Source of the DNA: Candidatus Kuenenia stuttgartensis
Lineage (GTDB): Bacteria > Planctomycetota > Brocadiia > Brocadiales > Brocadiaceae
Assembly (NCBI RefSeq): GCF_900232105.1
Contig: NZ_LT934425.1
Span: 2,970,001-3,002,000 of the forward strand
DNA: 32,000 nucleotides
Direction: 5' to 3'
Positions 18,081 to 27,922 of this stretch are shown here, in pieces. The position numbers were made by a program, and so were the translations under genes. The notes below the pieces were generated by a model, which saw only the letters and a list, made by a program, of their open reading frames with translations, searched no databases and was not told where the DNA came from. The first letter of the stretch is position 1. Each line of letters starts with the position of its first letter.

Positions 18081-18095
18081 AACCCTGCCAGGGTT
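18081..18095. repeat. Third copy of the AACCCTG-N-CAGGGTT palindrome
   Basis: AACCCTGCCAGGGTT; differs from the 14659 and 14677 copies only at the central base. Confidence 0.75.
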
Positions 18096-18288
18096 GTTTT
18101 TTTCTGAAATAAAAACGCCGAGGTAGTTATAAATACTTGCTGCGGGTTGCAAAACCTGAATTCGCCGGGAATGAAGTTTACGTAAAGTTTGGAGTATTGG
18201 GTTTTTTGTCATTTGAATTTGCTTCGTATTTTGATATTCGTATTCCGAATTTGGTTGCAGCTAAAGGCTGCGCTAAGGATTGTTTGTG

Positions 18289-18777
18289 TTATTGCCCTAT
18301 TTTATTTTTCACAAAATTCATCAACCCGCCCGATTGAATAATTTCCTGCATTTCGTGTGGAAATGGTTCAAAGGTAAAACGCCTGTTCAAGGTATGGTCA
18401 AAAATTTCGCTCTTTGTCAAATCCACCTCTATTTCATCTCCTTCTTTGATGTTATCCGCAGCTTCAGGACACTCGAAAATAAGCAGACCAATGTTTATAG
18501 CATTTCTGAAAAATATTCTGGCGAATGATTTTGCGATGACGCAGGAAATGCCTGCTGCTTTGATAGCGATCGGTGCATGTTCACGTGAAGACCCGCAACC
18601 AAAATTCTCTCCCGCTACAATAACATCTCCTTGTTTTATCTTTTTTATGAAATCAGGGTCGGCATCTTCCATGCAATGCTTTGCCAATTCATTTGGGTCT
18701 GTCGTATTCAAATACCGGGCCGGGATGATTTCATCGGTATTAATATTATTGCCAAACTTCCAACATTTATTTTTCAT
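18289..18777 (-). CDS. leuD: 3-isopropylmalate dehydratase small subunit
   Basis: 162 aa; FGNNINTDEIIPARYLN, GENFGCGSSREHAPIAIKAAG, IVAKSFARIFFRNAINIGL-like block (CVIAKSFARIFFRNAINIGLLIFE). Confidence 0.92.
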   Translation of the reverse strand: MKNKCWKFGNNINTDEIIPARYLNTTDPNELAKHCMEDADPDFIKKIKQGDVIVAGENFGCGSSREHAPIAIKAAGISCVIAKSFARIFFRNAINIGLLIFECPEAADNIKEGDEIEVDLTKSEIFDHTLNRRFTFEPFPHEMQEIIQSGGLMNFVKNKIGQ

Positions 18778-18840
18778 TTATTTTTTTGTTCTCATCCGGA
18801 AAAAGTTTACTGATGCCATTTACCATTTAGCTCCATTTTT

Positions 18841-21800
18841 TCATCCTGCCTTTGCATACGACTCAGAAACGGTTTTCGATGCAGGCGGATATTTTTTTAT
18901 CTCTTGTTTTTTTTGATTCAACCGGCACTCCATTCTTTGATAGGCCTGGTGCATAAAGGCTTCCAGCCGTGTTTCTTCGTTTGTTTGCTCCTGACCGTCA
19001 AAGGATAATTTCAGGCAGGGAATACCGGCATTCTCCCTTTGAAATCGCTCAAGTATCCCGTTTACTATTGTCCCCGGCATACAATGGAAAGGAATAATAT
19101 TTACAATACCATCGAATCCCTCTTCGGCATATTCAACTGCTTTCCCCATACTCAGCACAGGGTCTCCTTTATAGGAGTCGTCGATGTATTTTTTCCCTCT
19201 CCTTATAAGCTCTTTGATTGTTGCGTCCTTATAGAAATGCCTTATTTTGCCTTTAAAGATGTTTGTGAGTTTATATGCATCATATCTCTGTACAATCGCA
19301 GATATGAATTCCCCCAAATATCCCTTATAATTTTTTTCGTTAAGACATGATTCCCTGCGACAATGTGCAATATAGTTAATCCATTCTGCGAATGGAGGAT
19401 TAAAGGCCTCTCCATTTAGCCGTTCTATATTTTTGATGAGAAAATTGTTTGCAAAATCATTGAGCCGCACATAATTTTCGCCAATAATGCCAATCAACGG
19501 CCTCGGCTTACTCCTGTCTACCTTTATATTGGTAAATTCGTGCCTTGCTTCTCTTGCAATATCAAGCAGATTCATGCCTTTGTCCAGGGCCGATTCTGCT
19601 TTTCTAAGGTACTTCTCATATAAGGCGTCAGTTTCTCCCTTATTTATCTCATAAGGTCTTATTTCCCTTTGCAATTTCTGCATGAGATCGGTAAAAACAA
19701 TACCATTCCATGCAAGTTTTCTGAATCCTGTTCCCAGCCCTTTTGTATCTTCCTCATAATTTTCTCCCTGATCCAGTGTATATAAAGGAACATTCATAAG
19801 ACCTAGATCGTCCAGTACCATGCGTTGAAATTTATTGTACTGGCCGAATCTGCAAGGGCCTGAAGCCGTTGCCATAAGGAAGGCGCTTGCTTCCGGATCA
19901 AAATCGGGCGACATTGATTTTTTAACAATATCCCCTGTGGTAAGTATTGCGGGGTAGCACTCTTTTCCGGAAGTATACTTTCTTCCGATATCTACAGAAT
20001 TTTCGTCTGCCATGGGCATCGCTTCTGCCGGTACCCCGTTAGCCCTCATGGCGGCAGCGATCATTCTGCCATGATCACACATATGCGGAACATAAAGTGT
20101 TCTCTTTTTTCCGCCGGTAATTTGGCGTGTGGCGATATCTTCCTGCCGCCTCCTGGTTTTTGTTGCAGGTTTAACGTTTTTAAGGCTATCAATAAACGCC
20201 TCGCAACGGGTTATAGCGCCAACATCAGCGCTGTGTTCATCTATTTCTATGGTCAGGCATGGTTTCCCAGCCAGCTCCTTATAGAAAAATTTGGAGATAA
20301 ATGAATCAGGGCCGCAGCCAAAGTTTGTGATATATAAAGGATAGAGCCTCTTGTCTTTTGCAATCAACCTTGCGGCGGCAATAAACCTTTGCCCTGTTTT
20401 CCAGTACATATTAGGGTAATCGTGCGAAACTTCTTCAATGTCCAGCGTCAAATAGTCAAGAGGTATAACTAGTATTCCCAGGTCGCGTAATTTTTCCGGA
20501 AGACCAAGATTCATTCCCGTATCGCACCCATTGTACGATCTGCTAATCAGGATAAAAGCCTTTTCATCATCCGCAATAGTATCTAAAATTTCTTTTCCGC
20601 GTGCCTCTAATTTTTCAGTGAAAGCGCTCTGCGCTTCAAGTGCCGTTTCGATTGCCTTTTCTACAACGCCTCCGGTTACTCCAACGCTTTTCGCAATTTT
20701 ATGGAGGGTTTTTACCAGAAATTCCATTCCATATTCGAAATGAATCACGGGCGATAGTGTCTTGAACCCGCGTTTATCCAAATCGATGCCTGAACGCACG
20801 AGGTATGGTATACATTGCACATAGGGACAGGCATATGAATGAGTAATATTCTTACTGGAGTGTGTTAAATTTATAACGCTGGGCAAAAATAAATAATCAA
20901 TTTCCCTTTCCAGCATATCAATGACATGCCCATGGGCGACCTTTATGGGAAAGCATGTTTCTGCCGTAATAACCTCAACGCCATTATAAATAATGTCCTT
21001 GTTTGTATCACGGGAAGTAATCACCTCGAGACCCATTTCGGTAAAAAACGCTTTCCACATGGGAAACAAATCATAAAAAGTGGATACCTGCGGTATCCCT
21101 ATTTTCTTCCCCAAGGGGTTTTGGGGTTTATTTTTTGGATAAGTATTATATAGCGCCTGTTTTCTTTCATTGAAAAGCCTTGGCAAATGCTTCCCCTTTT
21201 TTAACGTCCTTTCGTCATCGAATTTTCCGCACCGGCTTCCGTAATGAAGGGGGTCTTCTCCTTCGATGCTGACCTTTCTTATTTCGCAAATATTTGAACA
21301 ATCTTTGCAAACAAAAGAGGAGAGTTCATATCGTTTGTGCCTGATATCAAATCCTCTAAACCGTGATTTCTCCCATGTTTTCTCTTCCATTGCAATAATG
21401 GCGGAACCGATTGCCCCCATAATATCATGGTGTGGAGGCACAATTACTTTTTTACCGGTTACTTTTTCAAATGCAGATTTTACTCCACGGTTTGCTGCTA
21501 CCCCTCCCTGGAAAAAAATGGTGTTTCCAATAGGGCGGTCTTCAACAACCCTGTTTATGAAATTGAGTACAACGGAATAGCTCAAGCCGGCAAGCAGGTC
21601 TTCCTTCGAGGTACCTCCCTGCTGATGATGATTTAAATCAGATTCCATAAATACCGTACATCTCTCGCCAAGATGCGACGGGCAGCATGATGAAAGTGCG
21701 CGGTCATTAAATTCTTTCTTTATATTTACATTCAGTTTTTCCGCCTGTTCTTCCAGGAATGAACCGGTACCTGCCGCACATACCTTGTTCATGGCAAAAT

Positions 21801-23136
21801 CCACGACAGCGCCATTTTCCAGCCGGACAAATTTTGAATCCTGTCCGCCGATTTCAAAGATCGTATCGACATCCTTATTTACACTTGCTGCAGCAGTGGC
21901 ATGGGCGGTAATTTCGTTTTTAGCGATATCGGCGCCGATAAAATCCCCCGTTAAATAACGTCCCGAACCTGTCGTCCCTGCCCCGTTGATAACAACCCTG
22001 TCGCCAATTTCCAGTCCCACCTCATAAAGGCCATGTTTTACCGCTTCAAGCGGCCTTCCGGCGGTCATAAGATAACGCCTTGCCAGGATGTTTTTGTGTT
22101 TGTCGATAACCACAACATTCGTACTGATGGAACCTACATCGATACCTACATATGCCTCGACTTTCCCGTTTTCATCAAGATGATGCGTCTGGTCAACAAT
22201 TTTATAATTATCCGAACGAAGAGGTTCGAGATTTGATGCTTTTGAACTGCGGTTTTTAAAATATTCCTCTATTGCCTTCAGACCACGGAATGGCGACTTT
22301 ATTTCCTTATCTATCAGAGTAAATACCGAACCAATCGCCCCCATTACCTTGTAATACTGCGGAATAACCAGTTCTCCGGATTTTAATTCCAATATATCTT
22401 CAAATGCCTTAACCATCCCGGAATTTGCAACAACACCTCCCTGGAAAGCAATGGGTTTTACAAATTCCTTGCCCTTGCCGATGTTACTTTTAAAATTCCT
22501 TGCCATTGCATAGCACAGCCCTGCGACGATGTCGTAAACCGGCGTGCCTTCCTGCTGTAAGTGTATCATATCTGTTTTGGCAAACACACTGCAGCGACCG
22601 GCAATACGCGGGGGGTTTTTTGATTTTAAGGCAAGTTCCCCAAATTCTTTTTCTATGGAGACCCCAAGCCTTGCCGCCTGTTGGTCCAGAAATGAACCGG
22701 TGCCGGCTGCACACATTGTATTCATTGAAAAATCAGAGACTTTCGTCTGGCCGGTTGATTCGTCACGTTCAATAAGCATTAGCTTGGAATCTTCTCCGCC
22801 AATTTCAATAATTGTGCGGACATCAGGGTGTAACGTTGTCGCGGCCTTACTATGCGCAACAACTTCATTTATAAAGGCGATATCCATTAATCCGGCTATT
22901 AACTTCCCGCCGGTCCCGGTTATTGCAATGCCGTCAATATCGTCCATATGTGTCCTGTTGAGCATATCTCTTATTACCAGGAGGAACGTTTCGACCGGCT
23001 GCCCGTGTGAACGAACGTAATGATCTTCTAATATCTCTTTTCTTTCATTAATTAAAACTGCTTTTATACTGACAGAACCAATGTCCACGCCTATATATTT
23101 TTTTTGATACATACGTTTATCTGTTCCCTTCATCAA
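18841..23136 (-). CDS. Large 2-hydroxyacyl-CoA dehydratase activase-type protein (two BadF/BadG/BcrA/BcrD ATPase domains + DUF2229/HgdB-like region)
   Basis: 1431 aa; two ASKHA repeats (YIGVDIGSVSIKAVLIN...TMCAAGTGSFLDQQAARLG and YVGIDVGSISTNVVVID...KVCAAGTGSFLEEQAEKL), then KIGIPQVSTFYDLFPMWKAFFTEMGLEV and a Cys-containing C-terminal half. Confidence 0.9.
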   Translation of the reverse strand: MMKGTDKRMYQKKYIGVDIGSVSIKAVLINERKEILEDHYVRSHGQPVETFLLVIRDMLNRTHMDDIDGIAITGTGGKLIAGLMDIAFINEVVAHSKAATTLHPDVRTIIEIGGEDSKLMLIERDESTGQTKVSDFSMNTMCAAGTGSFLDQQAARLGVSIEKEFGELALKSKNPPRIAGRCSVFAKTDMIHLQQEGTPVYDIVAGLCYAMARNFKSNIGKGKEFVKPIAFQGGVVANSGMVKAFEDILELKSGELVIPQYYKVMGAIGSVFTLIDKEIKSPFRGLKAIEEYFKNRSSKASNLEPLRSDNYKIVDQTHHLDENGKVEAYVGIDVGSISTNVVVIDKHKNILARRYLMTAGRPLEAVKHGLYEVGLEIGDRVVINGAGTTGSGRYLTGDFIGADIAKNEITAHATAAASVNKDVDTIFEIGGQDSKFVRLENGAVVDFAMNKVCAAGTGSFLEEQAEKLNVNIKKEFNDRALSSCCPSHLGERCTVFMESDLNHHQQGGTSKEDLLAGLSYSVVLNFINRVVEDRPIGNTIFFQGGVAANRGVKSAFEKVTGKKVIVPPHHDIMGAIGSAIIAMEEKTWEKSRFRGFDIRHKRYELSSFVCKDCSNICEIRKVSIEGEDPLHYGSRCGKFDDERTLKKGKHLPRLFNERKQALYNTYPKNKPQNPLGKKIGIPQVSTFYDLFPMWKAFFTEMGLEVITSRDTNKDIIYNGVEVITAETCFPIKVAHGHVIDMLEREIDYLFLPSVINLTHSSKNITHSYACPYVQCIPYLVRSGIDLDKRGFKTLSPVIHFEYGMEFLVKTLHKIAKSVGVTGGVVEKAIETALEAQSAFTEKLEARGKEILDTIADDEKAFILISRSYNGCDTGMNLGLPEKLRDLGILVIPLDYLTLDIEEVSHDYPNMYWKTGQRFIAAARLIAKDKRLYPLYITNFGCGPDSFISKFFYKELAGKPCLTIEIDEHSADVGAITRCEAFIDSLKNVKPATKTRRRQEDIATRQITGGKKRTLYVPHMCDHGRMIAAAMRANGVPAEAMPMADENSVDIGRKYTSGKECYPAILTTGDIVKKSMSPDFDPEASAFLMATASGPCRFGQYNKFQRMVLDDLGLMNVPLYTLDQGENYEEDTKGLGTGFRKLAWNGIVFTDLMQKLQREIRPYEINKGETDALYEKYLRKAESALDKGMNLLDIAREARHEFTNIKVDRSKPRPLIGIIGENYVRLNDFANNFLIKNIERLNGEAFNPPFAEWINYIAHCRRESCLNEKNYKGYLGEFISAIVQRYDAYKLTNIFKGKIRHFYKDATIKELIRRGKKYIDDSYKGDPVLSMGKAVEYAEEGFDGIVNIIPFHCMPGTIVNGILERFQRENAGIPCLKLSFDGQEQTNEETRLEAFMHQAYQRMECRLNQKKQEIKKYPPASKTVSESYAKAG

Positions 23137-23226
23137 TTTATTACCTTAATCCTGCACCAAAAATGATATTTTTCGTGCAAATAATTTCTTGAACTCATCT
23201 TAACACATACAATTGCAGTTATTTAT

Positions 23227-23323
23227 ACCTTACAGGTTCACAAATTACGAAATGTAGAGCGAAGAGTTTCTTCGTTCTACAACAGCAACTTTTAAGAAAT
23301 CACAATTTGTGAGTCCGTAAGGT
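23227..23323. repeat. Nested palindromic element: 20-bp outer inverted repeats (17/20) around a 12-bp hairpin (11/12)
   Basis: Outer arms 23227-23246 ACCTTACAGGTTCACAAATT and 23304-23323 (reverse complement ACCTTACGGACTCACAAATT); inner arms 23254-23265 GTAGAGCGAAGA and 23269-23280 TCTTCGTTCTAC. Confidence 0.75.
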
Positions 23324-23476
23324 GTGCAAATATTTAAAATCTGGCAATCGCTTGAAACCCTTACAAATACCGGCTAAGACAGATGCTTTGTTTTATGCTG
23401 CTTCTATAGGGCAGCCGAAAATCATAGAGAGAAGTATCACTAATGCTGGATATTAAACGGTTTTGCAAGCCTATGG

Positions 23477-24763
23477 TCAAATAGAAGGTATTTTTGTGCA
23501 AGATTCAGGCCGCATTTCACTTGGTGGTGTTATTTTGCCGGTAATAGCAGACGCAGCAGCCACTGCAGGACTACAAAGATATATTTCGCTCTTTGGATGT
23601 CCCATGCGGCCAACAAAATTACGGTTTGTAGTGGTAAGTGCCCTTTCCCCTTCTGCCAGTATTCCCATATGACCGCCAAGGCACGGGCCGCATGTAGGTG
23701 TTGAGACAACTGCTTCTGCGTCAATAAATATTTCAATAAGCCCTTCTTTTAACGCCTGTTTATATATTTCCTGAGTAGCCGGAATTATAATCAACCGGAG
23801 AGAAGGATGTGCCTTTTTCCCTTTTAATATTTTTGCCGCTATCCGCAAATCTGATATCCTGCCGTTAGTGCATGAACCAATAACTACCTGGTCTATTTTA
23901 ATTCCACAGACATCATAAACGGATTTTGTGTTTTCTGGAAGACTGGGTAGGGCGACTTGCGGAACGATTTCCTCCGCGTTGAATTCATATACCTTTGAAT
24001 AATGGCTGTCGGGGTCGCTATGATATGCCACATATTCCCTTTTAACTCTTCCGGCGACATAATTTTCCGTAATTTTATCGGGAGCAATAATTCCGCTTTT
24101 TGCCCCGGCTTCAATCGCCATGTTGCATATGGTAAAGCGGTCATCCATTGGTAAATCGGATATGGCGGTCCCTGTAAACTCCATTGCTTTATAGAGCGCC
24201 CCGTCAACGCCAATTTTCCCGATGGTATATAGTATGAAATCCTTTCCCGACGTCCAGTTTCTTGCCTTACCATGAAAAACGAACTTAATCGATTCCGGCA
24301 CTTTAAGCCATACCTTTCCTGTTGCAAAACATGCGGCCAGGTCTGTACTGCCTATCCCGGTTGAAAATGCCCCCAGCGCTCCATAGGTACAAGTATGAGA
24401 GTCTGCCCCAATTACTAATTCTCCCGGGGCGACAATGCCCTGCTCCGGGAGCAAGGCATGTTCGATTCCCATGCGTCCAATCTCAAAATAATGTTTTAAA
24501 TGGTGTTTTTCAGCAAATACACGGAGTGATTTTGATTGTTGGGCGGATTGAATATCCTTATTCGGCGTGAAATGATCCGGTACTAAAACAATTTTTTCGG
24601 GGTCAAAAACTTTTTTAATGCCCGCCTTTTCGAATTCCTCAATGGCAATTGGGGCGGTTATATCGTTTCCGAGGCAAACATCTACATTTGCATAAACGAA
24701 TTGTCCCGGACGTACTTCCCTCTCGCCACAATGCGCAGCGATAATCTTCTCTGTTATTGTCAT
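23477..24763 (-). CDS. leuC: 3-isopropylmalate dehydratase large subunit (ORF track start 24790; family-like start [13 protein letters not shown] at 24763)
   Basis: [101 protein letters not shown]. Confidence 0.95.
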   Translation of the reverse strand: MTITEKIIAAHCGEREVRPGQFVYANVDVCLGNDITAPIAIEEFEKAGIKKVFDPEKIVLVPDHFTPNKDIQSAQQSKSLRVFAEKHHLKHYFEIGRMGIEHALLPEQGIVAPGELVIGADSHTCTYGALGAFSTGIGSTDLAACFATGKVWLKVPESIKFVFHGKARNWTSGKDFILYTIGKIGVDGALYKAMEFTGTAISDLPMDDRFTICNMAIEAGAKSGIIAPDKITENYVAGRVKREYVAYHSDPDSHYSKVYEFNAEEIVPQVALPSLPENTKSVYDVCGIKIDQVVIGSCTNGRISDLRIAAKILKGKKAHPSLRLIIIPATQEIYKQALKEGLIEIFIDAEAVVSTPTCGPCLGGHMGILAEGERALTTTNRNFVGRMGHPKSEIYLCSPAVAAASAITGKITPPSEMRPESCTKIPSI

Positions 24764-24849
24764 TCCCATAAATTGTACTCTGCATGGCAATACTTCCGTC
24801 TTTTCTCACTAAAGGAAGTGGTTGTTTTTGTAAATAAAGTATAAAAAAA

Positions 24850-25179
24850 CTAATTTTCTGAAAATCGTGTTCTATTCCATGATTTTAAAAACAGGGGGTC
24901 TTGTAAATATTTTTTATGACACTTATGACACAAATCAAAGCGGAATGTTTTGTACTCTTCTTCCTCTCTATCATCACCAAGCTCTTCCCCATCCACCCGG
25001 TCATTTTCATCGTCGTCGTCATCATCGTCATCTTCCATTTCCCAAAGTTCTTCATCAAGGTCATCTTCTGTATCCATTGCGTCGCAAGTAGCGTATACTT
25101 CAATTTTTACAACATAACGTATATCCTCACCCGCAAGTAACGGTTTCCCACACATATCACATGTATAGTGCACCATCAA
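24850..25179 (-). CDS. Small acidic Cys-pair (putative zinc-binding) protein of unknown function
   Basis: 109 aa; N-terminal YTCDMCGKPL and C-terminal FDLCHKCHKKY flanking an Asp/Glu-rich linker (EMEDDDDDDDDEND). Confidence 0.7.
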   Translation of the reverse strand: MMVHYTCDMCGKPLLAGEDIRYVVKIEVYATCDAMDTEDDLDEELWEMEDDDDDDDDENDRVDGEELGDDREEEEYKTFRFDLCHKCHKKYLQDPLFLKSWNRTRFSEN

Positions 25180-25372
25180 TGTTCCTCCAAAGAAAAAAAA
25201 TCATTTTACTAAAGTTAAGTTGTTTTGACACAATTCAATACGGTGAATAAGTGATTGAGTCTGTATTATTTATCAAAAACCAAATCAGACATCACCTTCC
25301 CTTCGGCTGGCATACTAAATCATGTCACGGATAATTATACTGCAATAATTATCCCCCTTGGATAAACCCAAT

Positions 25373-26221
25373 TTACGCCATTGATCGAAGCCTTTTTACT
25401 CTCTCCTCAATTGGCGGATGCGTACTAAAAAGCGAAGCAAATGAACGACCGCTTAATGGATTTACTATAAACAGATGTGCGGATGACGTTCCCGCATCTA
25501 ACGGCCTGACCCTCGCGGCCTGGTGCAGTTTTTCAAGGGCGCTAGCCAATCCTGCCGGATTACGTGCCATAAGCGCTCCGCTTTTATCCGCGGCATATTC
25601 TCTTGAACGTGATATAGCCATTTGTATCAGCAAAGCAGCAATAGGAGCTACTATGGCGAGAGCTATGAGACCGACTACGCCTCCTCCCCCGCTATCGTCA
25701 TCATCATGCCTTCCAAAGCCGCCAAACATGGCAGTCCATTGCGCCATATTCGCCAGCATGGTAATTGCGCCGGCTATCGTCGCAACAATAGTACATATTA
25801 AAATATCTCTGTTTTTAACGTGAGAAAGCTCATGTGCCAGGACGCCTTTTAACTCTTCATGCGTTAAAGAGTTTAACAACCCTTCCGTGACTGCTATGGC
25901 GGCGTGCCCAGGGTTTCTACCGGTGGCAAAGGCATTCATCGCCTGAGTGGGGATAATATACAAATTTGGCATGGGCAATGCGGCATTTGCGGTGAGTTCT
26001 TTCACCAGCGCAAAATACTTCGGTGAATCTTGTCCTGTAATCTGGCGTGCACGGTATATTTTCAGGACGATTTTATCACTGTACCAATAACTAAAAAAAT
26101 TCATCCCCATTGCAATCGCAAAAGCAAAAACCGCCCCCTGCCTACCGCCAAAAATACTTCCGGCCCAAACGAGTATCAGGGTTAATACTACGAGTAGAAC
26201 CGCTGTTTTGAAATAATTCAT
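25373..26221 (-). CDS. htpX: M48-family zinc metalloprotease, HtpX-like
   Basis: 282 aa; [84 protein letters not shown]. Confidence 0.93.
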   Translation of the reverse strand: MNYFKTAVLLVVLTLILVWAGSIFGGRQGAVFAFAIAMGMNFFSYWYSDKIVLKIYRARQITGQDSPKYFALVKELTANAALPMPNLYIIPTQAMNAFATGRNPGHAAIAVTEGLLNSLTHEELKGVLAHELSHVKNRDILICTIVATIAGAITMLANMAQWTAMFGGFGRHDDDDSGGGGVVGLIALAIVAPIAALLIQMAISRSREYAADKSGALMARNPAGLASALEKLHQAARVRPLDAGTSSAHLFIVNPLSGRSFASLFSTHPPIEERVKRLRSMA

Positions 26222-26653
26222 ATCTGCTACTCCAAAACAATAACTATGGAGGAAAAATTACTTTGCCATTACAAAGGCCTGTTCAAAAATTTATTATTCT
26301 CGAACATTTTCAGACCTCAAAGACCTCAAAAGTCATTATAAATGTCACCTATTTTTTGTCAAGCAATTAAATAGGCAGGCCAATGCAGCATTATTTGTTT
26401 TTATAAAGACAATATAGCATGTGGTATATAACAACTTACATACACTAAATATACGACTTATTTACTTCCATATTTCTCTGCCAGGGCATTTTTTCTCTAA
26501 GGATTGTTTCTCAGGTAAAAACAAAAGGTTAATTTACGTATAGTATTACTATTGGCTAACTTATATGAATATTCGCCGTCTGATTATCTCCTGTTCGATA
26601 CATCGGGCTATCTTCTTGTTTTCATTATTTACAAAAGACGGCAAAACATACCA

Positions 26654-27754
26654 TTAAAAAATTTTTTCTGTAAGAATTTGTGAGGCAAACAAACCTTTTT
26701 GTTTCGGGGTATCTTGAAAATGTTTTCCCCAATTTATATCACATAATGGTTCTTCCGTGATATCAGGATTCTTGCAACCGCAAACATAAGCGCTTATTTT
26801 ATAAAGACCTGCCAGTTCATCAATAGCGTGGTAACTATTTTTTCTATAGTGTACATCCAGTGCCTGTACACGTGATTTTTCTGCCAGCAGGTTGATGGAA
26901 CTGCCATTTTGGTAATGTGCATTTATCTCTTCCCATAAAGAGGTTTTCCTGAGAGATTTATAGAGATTTTTCTTAATAAATGGTCTTAAAAAGAGATAAT
27001 TAATGCCCATAGCGTTTACCTCATATTTCTGCAAAACTCTGAATAATGCGGTTAAGTTGGTTTTTGTGTCGGTTATTCCCGGTATAAGGGGGTCTAATTT
27101 CACTTCCGGCACAATCCCCACGTTGCACAATTGTTCAATGTTCCGTATTCTTTCGCCTGGAGTGGCGGCGTAAGGTTCTATGATTCTTTGTATATTCCGG
27201 TTTAATGTGGTAATACCTATCTGAATATGTACTAATTTTTTATGTCTTTTAAACAGGTCAAGAAATTTTATTGGTATCCGTCCTTTTGTAAGGAGATTTA
27301 TACCAATATTATATTCTAACAGGGTCTGCATTAATTCATACGACAAATTTATTACCTGAGGAATCGGCTGAAGGGCATCACTCGAAGAACTGAAAAAGAC
27401 ATATTTTGGTAGTTTTCTGCGTCGTGGCAATTCTTTTTTTAACTTTTCGGCCATATTTTCATACACAAGTACCTTACCATCTCCAGGATAGATTGAATAT
27501 CCCCTTGCATAGCAATATGCGCATTGATGGCTGCACCCTATTGTAGGGTTAATTGTTGCGACCTGACTCAAACATTTCAAAGTTGGTCTTGCCAAAACAG
27601 CCGTTTTCCGTTCAATAGATTCTATGTGCATTTTGCGATAAGAGATAACTATACATGGATTATTTAACAATGTTCCTGAATAGCGCTGCTTGCCGCATAG
27701 TATAAAGCGGTTGATGTTTCTTCCCCACTTGATATCTAAGCCCATTAAAGCCAT
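26654..27754 (-). CDS. SplB-like radical SAM protein (probable start near MHIESIERKTAVL, ~27628)
   Basis: CSHQCAYCYARGYS radical SAM Cys motif, SSSSDALQPI, GITTLNRNIQRIIEPYAATPGERIRNIEQL, VKLDPLIPGITDT. Confidence 0.88.
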   Translation of the reverse strand: MALMGLDIKWGRNINRFILCGKQRYSGTLLNNPCIVISYRKMHIESIERKTAVLARPTLKCLSQVATINPTIGCSHQCAYCYARGYSIYPGDGKVLVYENMAEKLKKELPRRRKLPKYVFFSSSSDALQPIPQVINLSYELMQTLLEYNIGINLLTKGRIPIKFLDLFKRHKKLVHIQIGITTLNRNIQRIIEPYAATPGERIRNIEQLCNVGIVPEVKLDPLIPGITDTKTNLTALFRVLQKYEVNAMGINYLFLRPFIKKNLYKSLRKTSLWEEINAHYQNGSSINLLAEKSRVQALDVHYRKNSYHAIDELAGLYKISAYVCGCKNPDITEEPLCDINWGKHFQDTPKQKGLFASQILTEKIF

Positions 27755-27922
27755 ATAAATTCATGTAGTACGATGAGGTTAGTCGCACTACAAATAACAA
27801 TTTCCAGTTTCAAAAAACTAGAGTGTTACCAAAATCAAGTGTGGTTTTATCAATAAGTTAAGAAGCCTCGGCTCTTTAAAAATGAGTGTTTTGTGGATTT
27901 AATAAGCAGGGTTATCTGTACG

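Noticed and set aside
18081-18108. Intrinsic terminator AACCCTGCCAGGGTTGTTTTTTT
   Set aside because: It would terminate plus-strand transcription, but both flanking genes are on the minus strand. The same palindrome occurs elsewhere without a T-run, so a dispersed repeat is more likely.
22544-23020. 158-aa plus-strand ORF
   Set aside because: Antisense shadow of the conserved activase coding region; Pro/Ser/Cys-rich composition without recognisable family features.
23893-24327. 144-aa minus-strand ORF inside leuC
   Set aside because: Alternate-frame ORF within a well-conserved leuC, with no supporting features.
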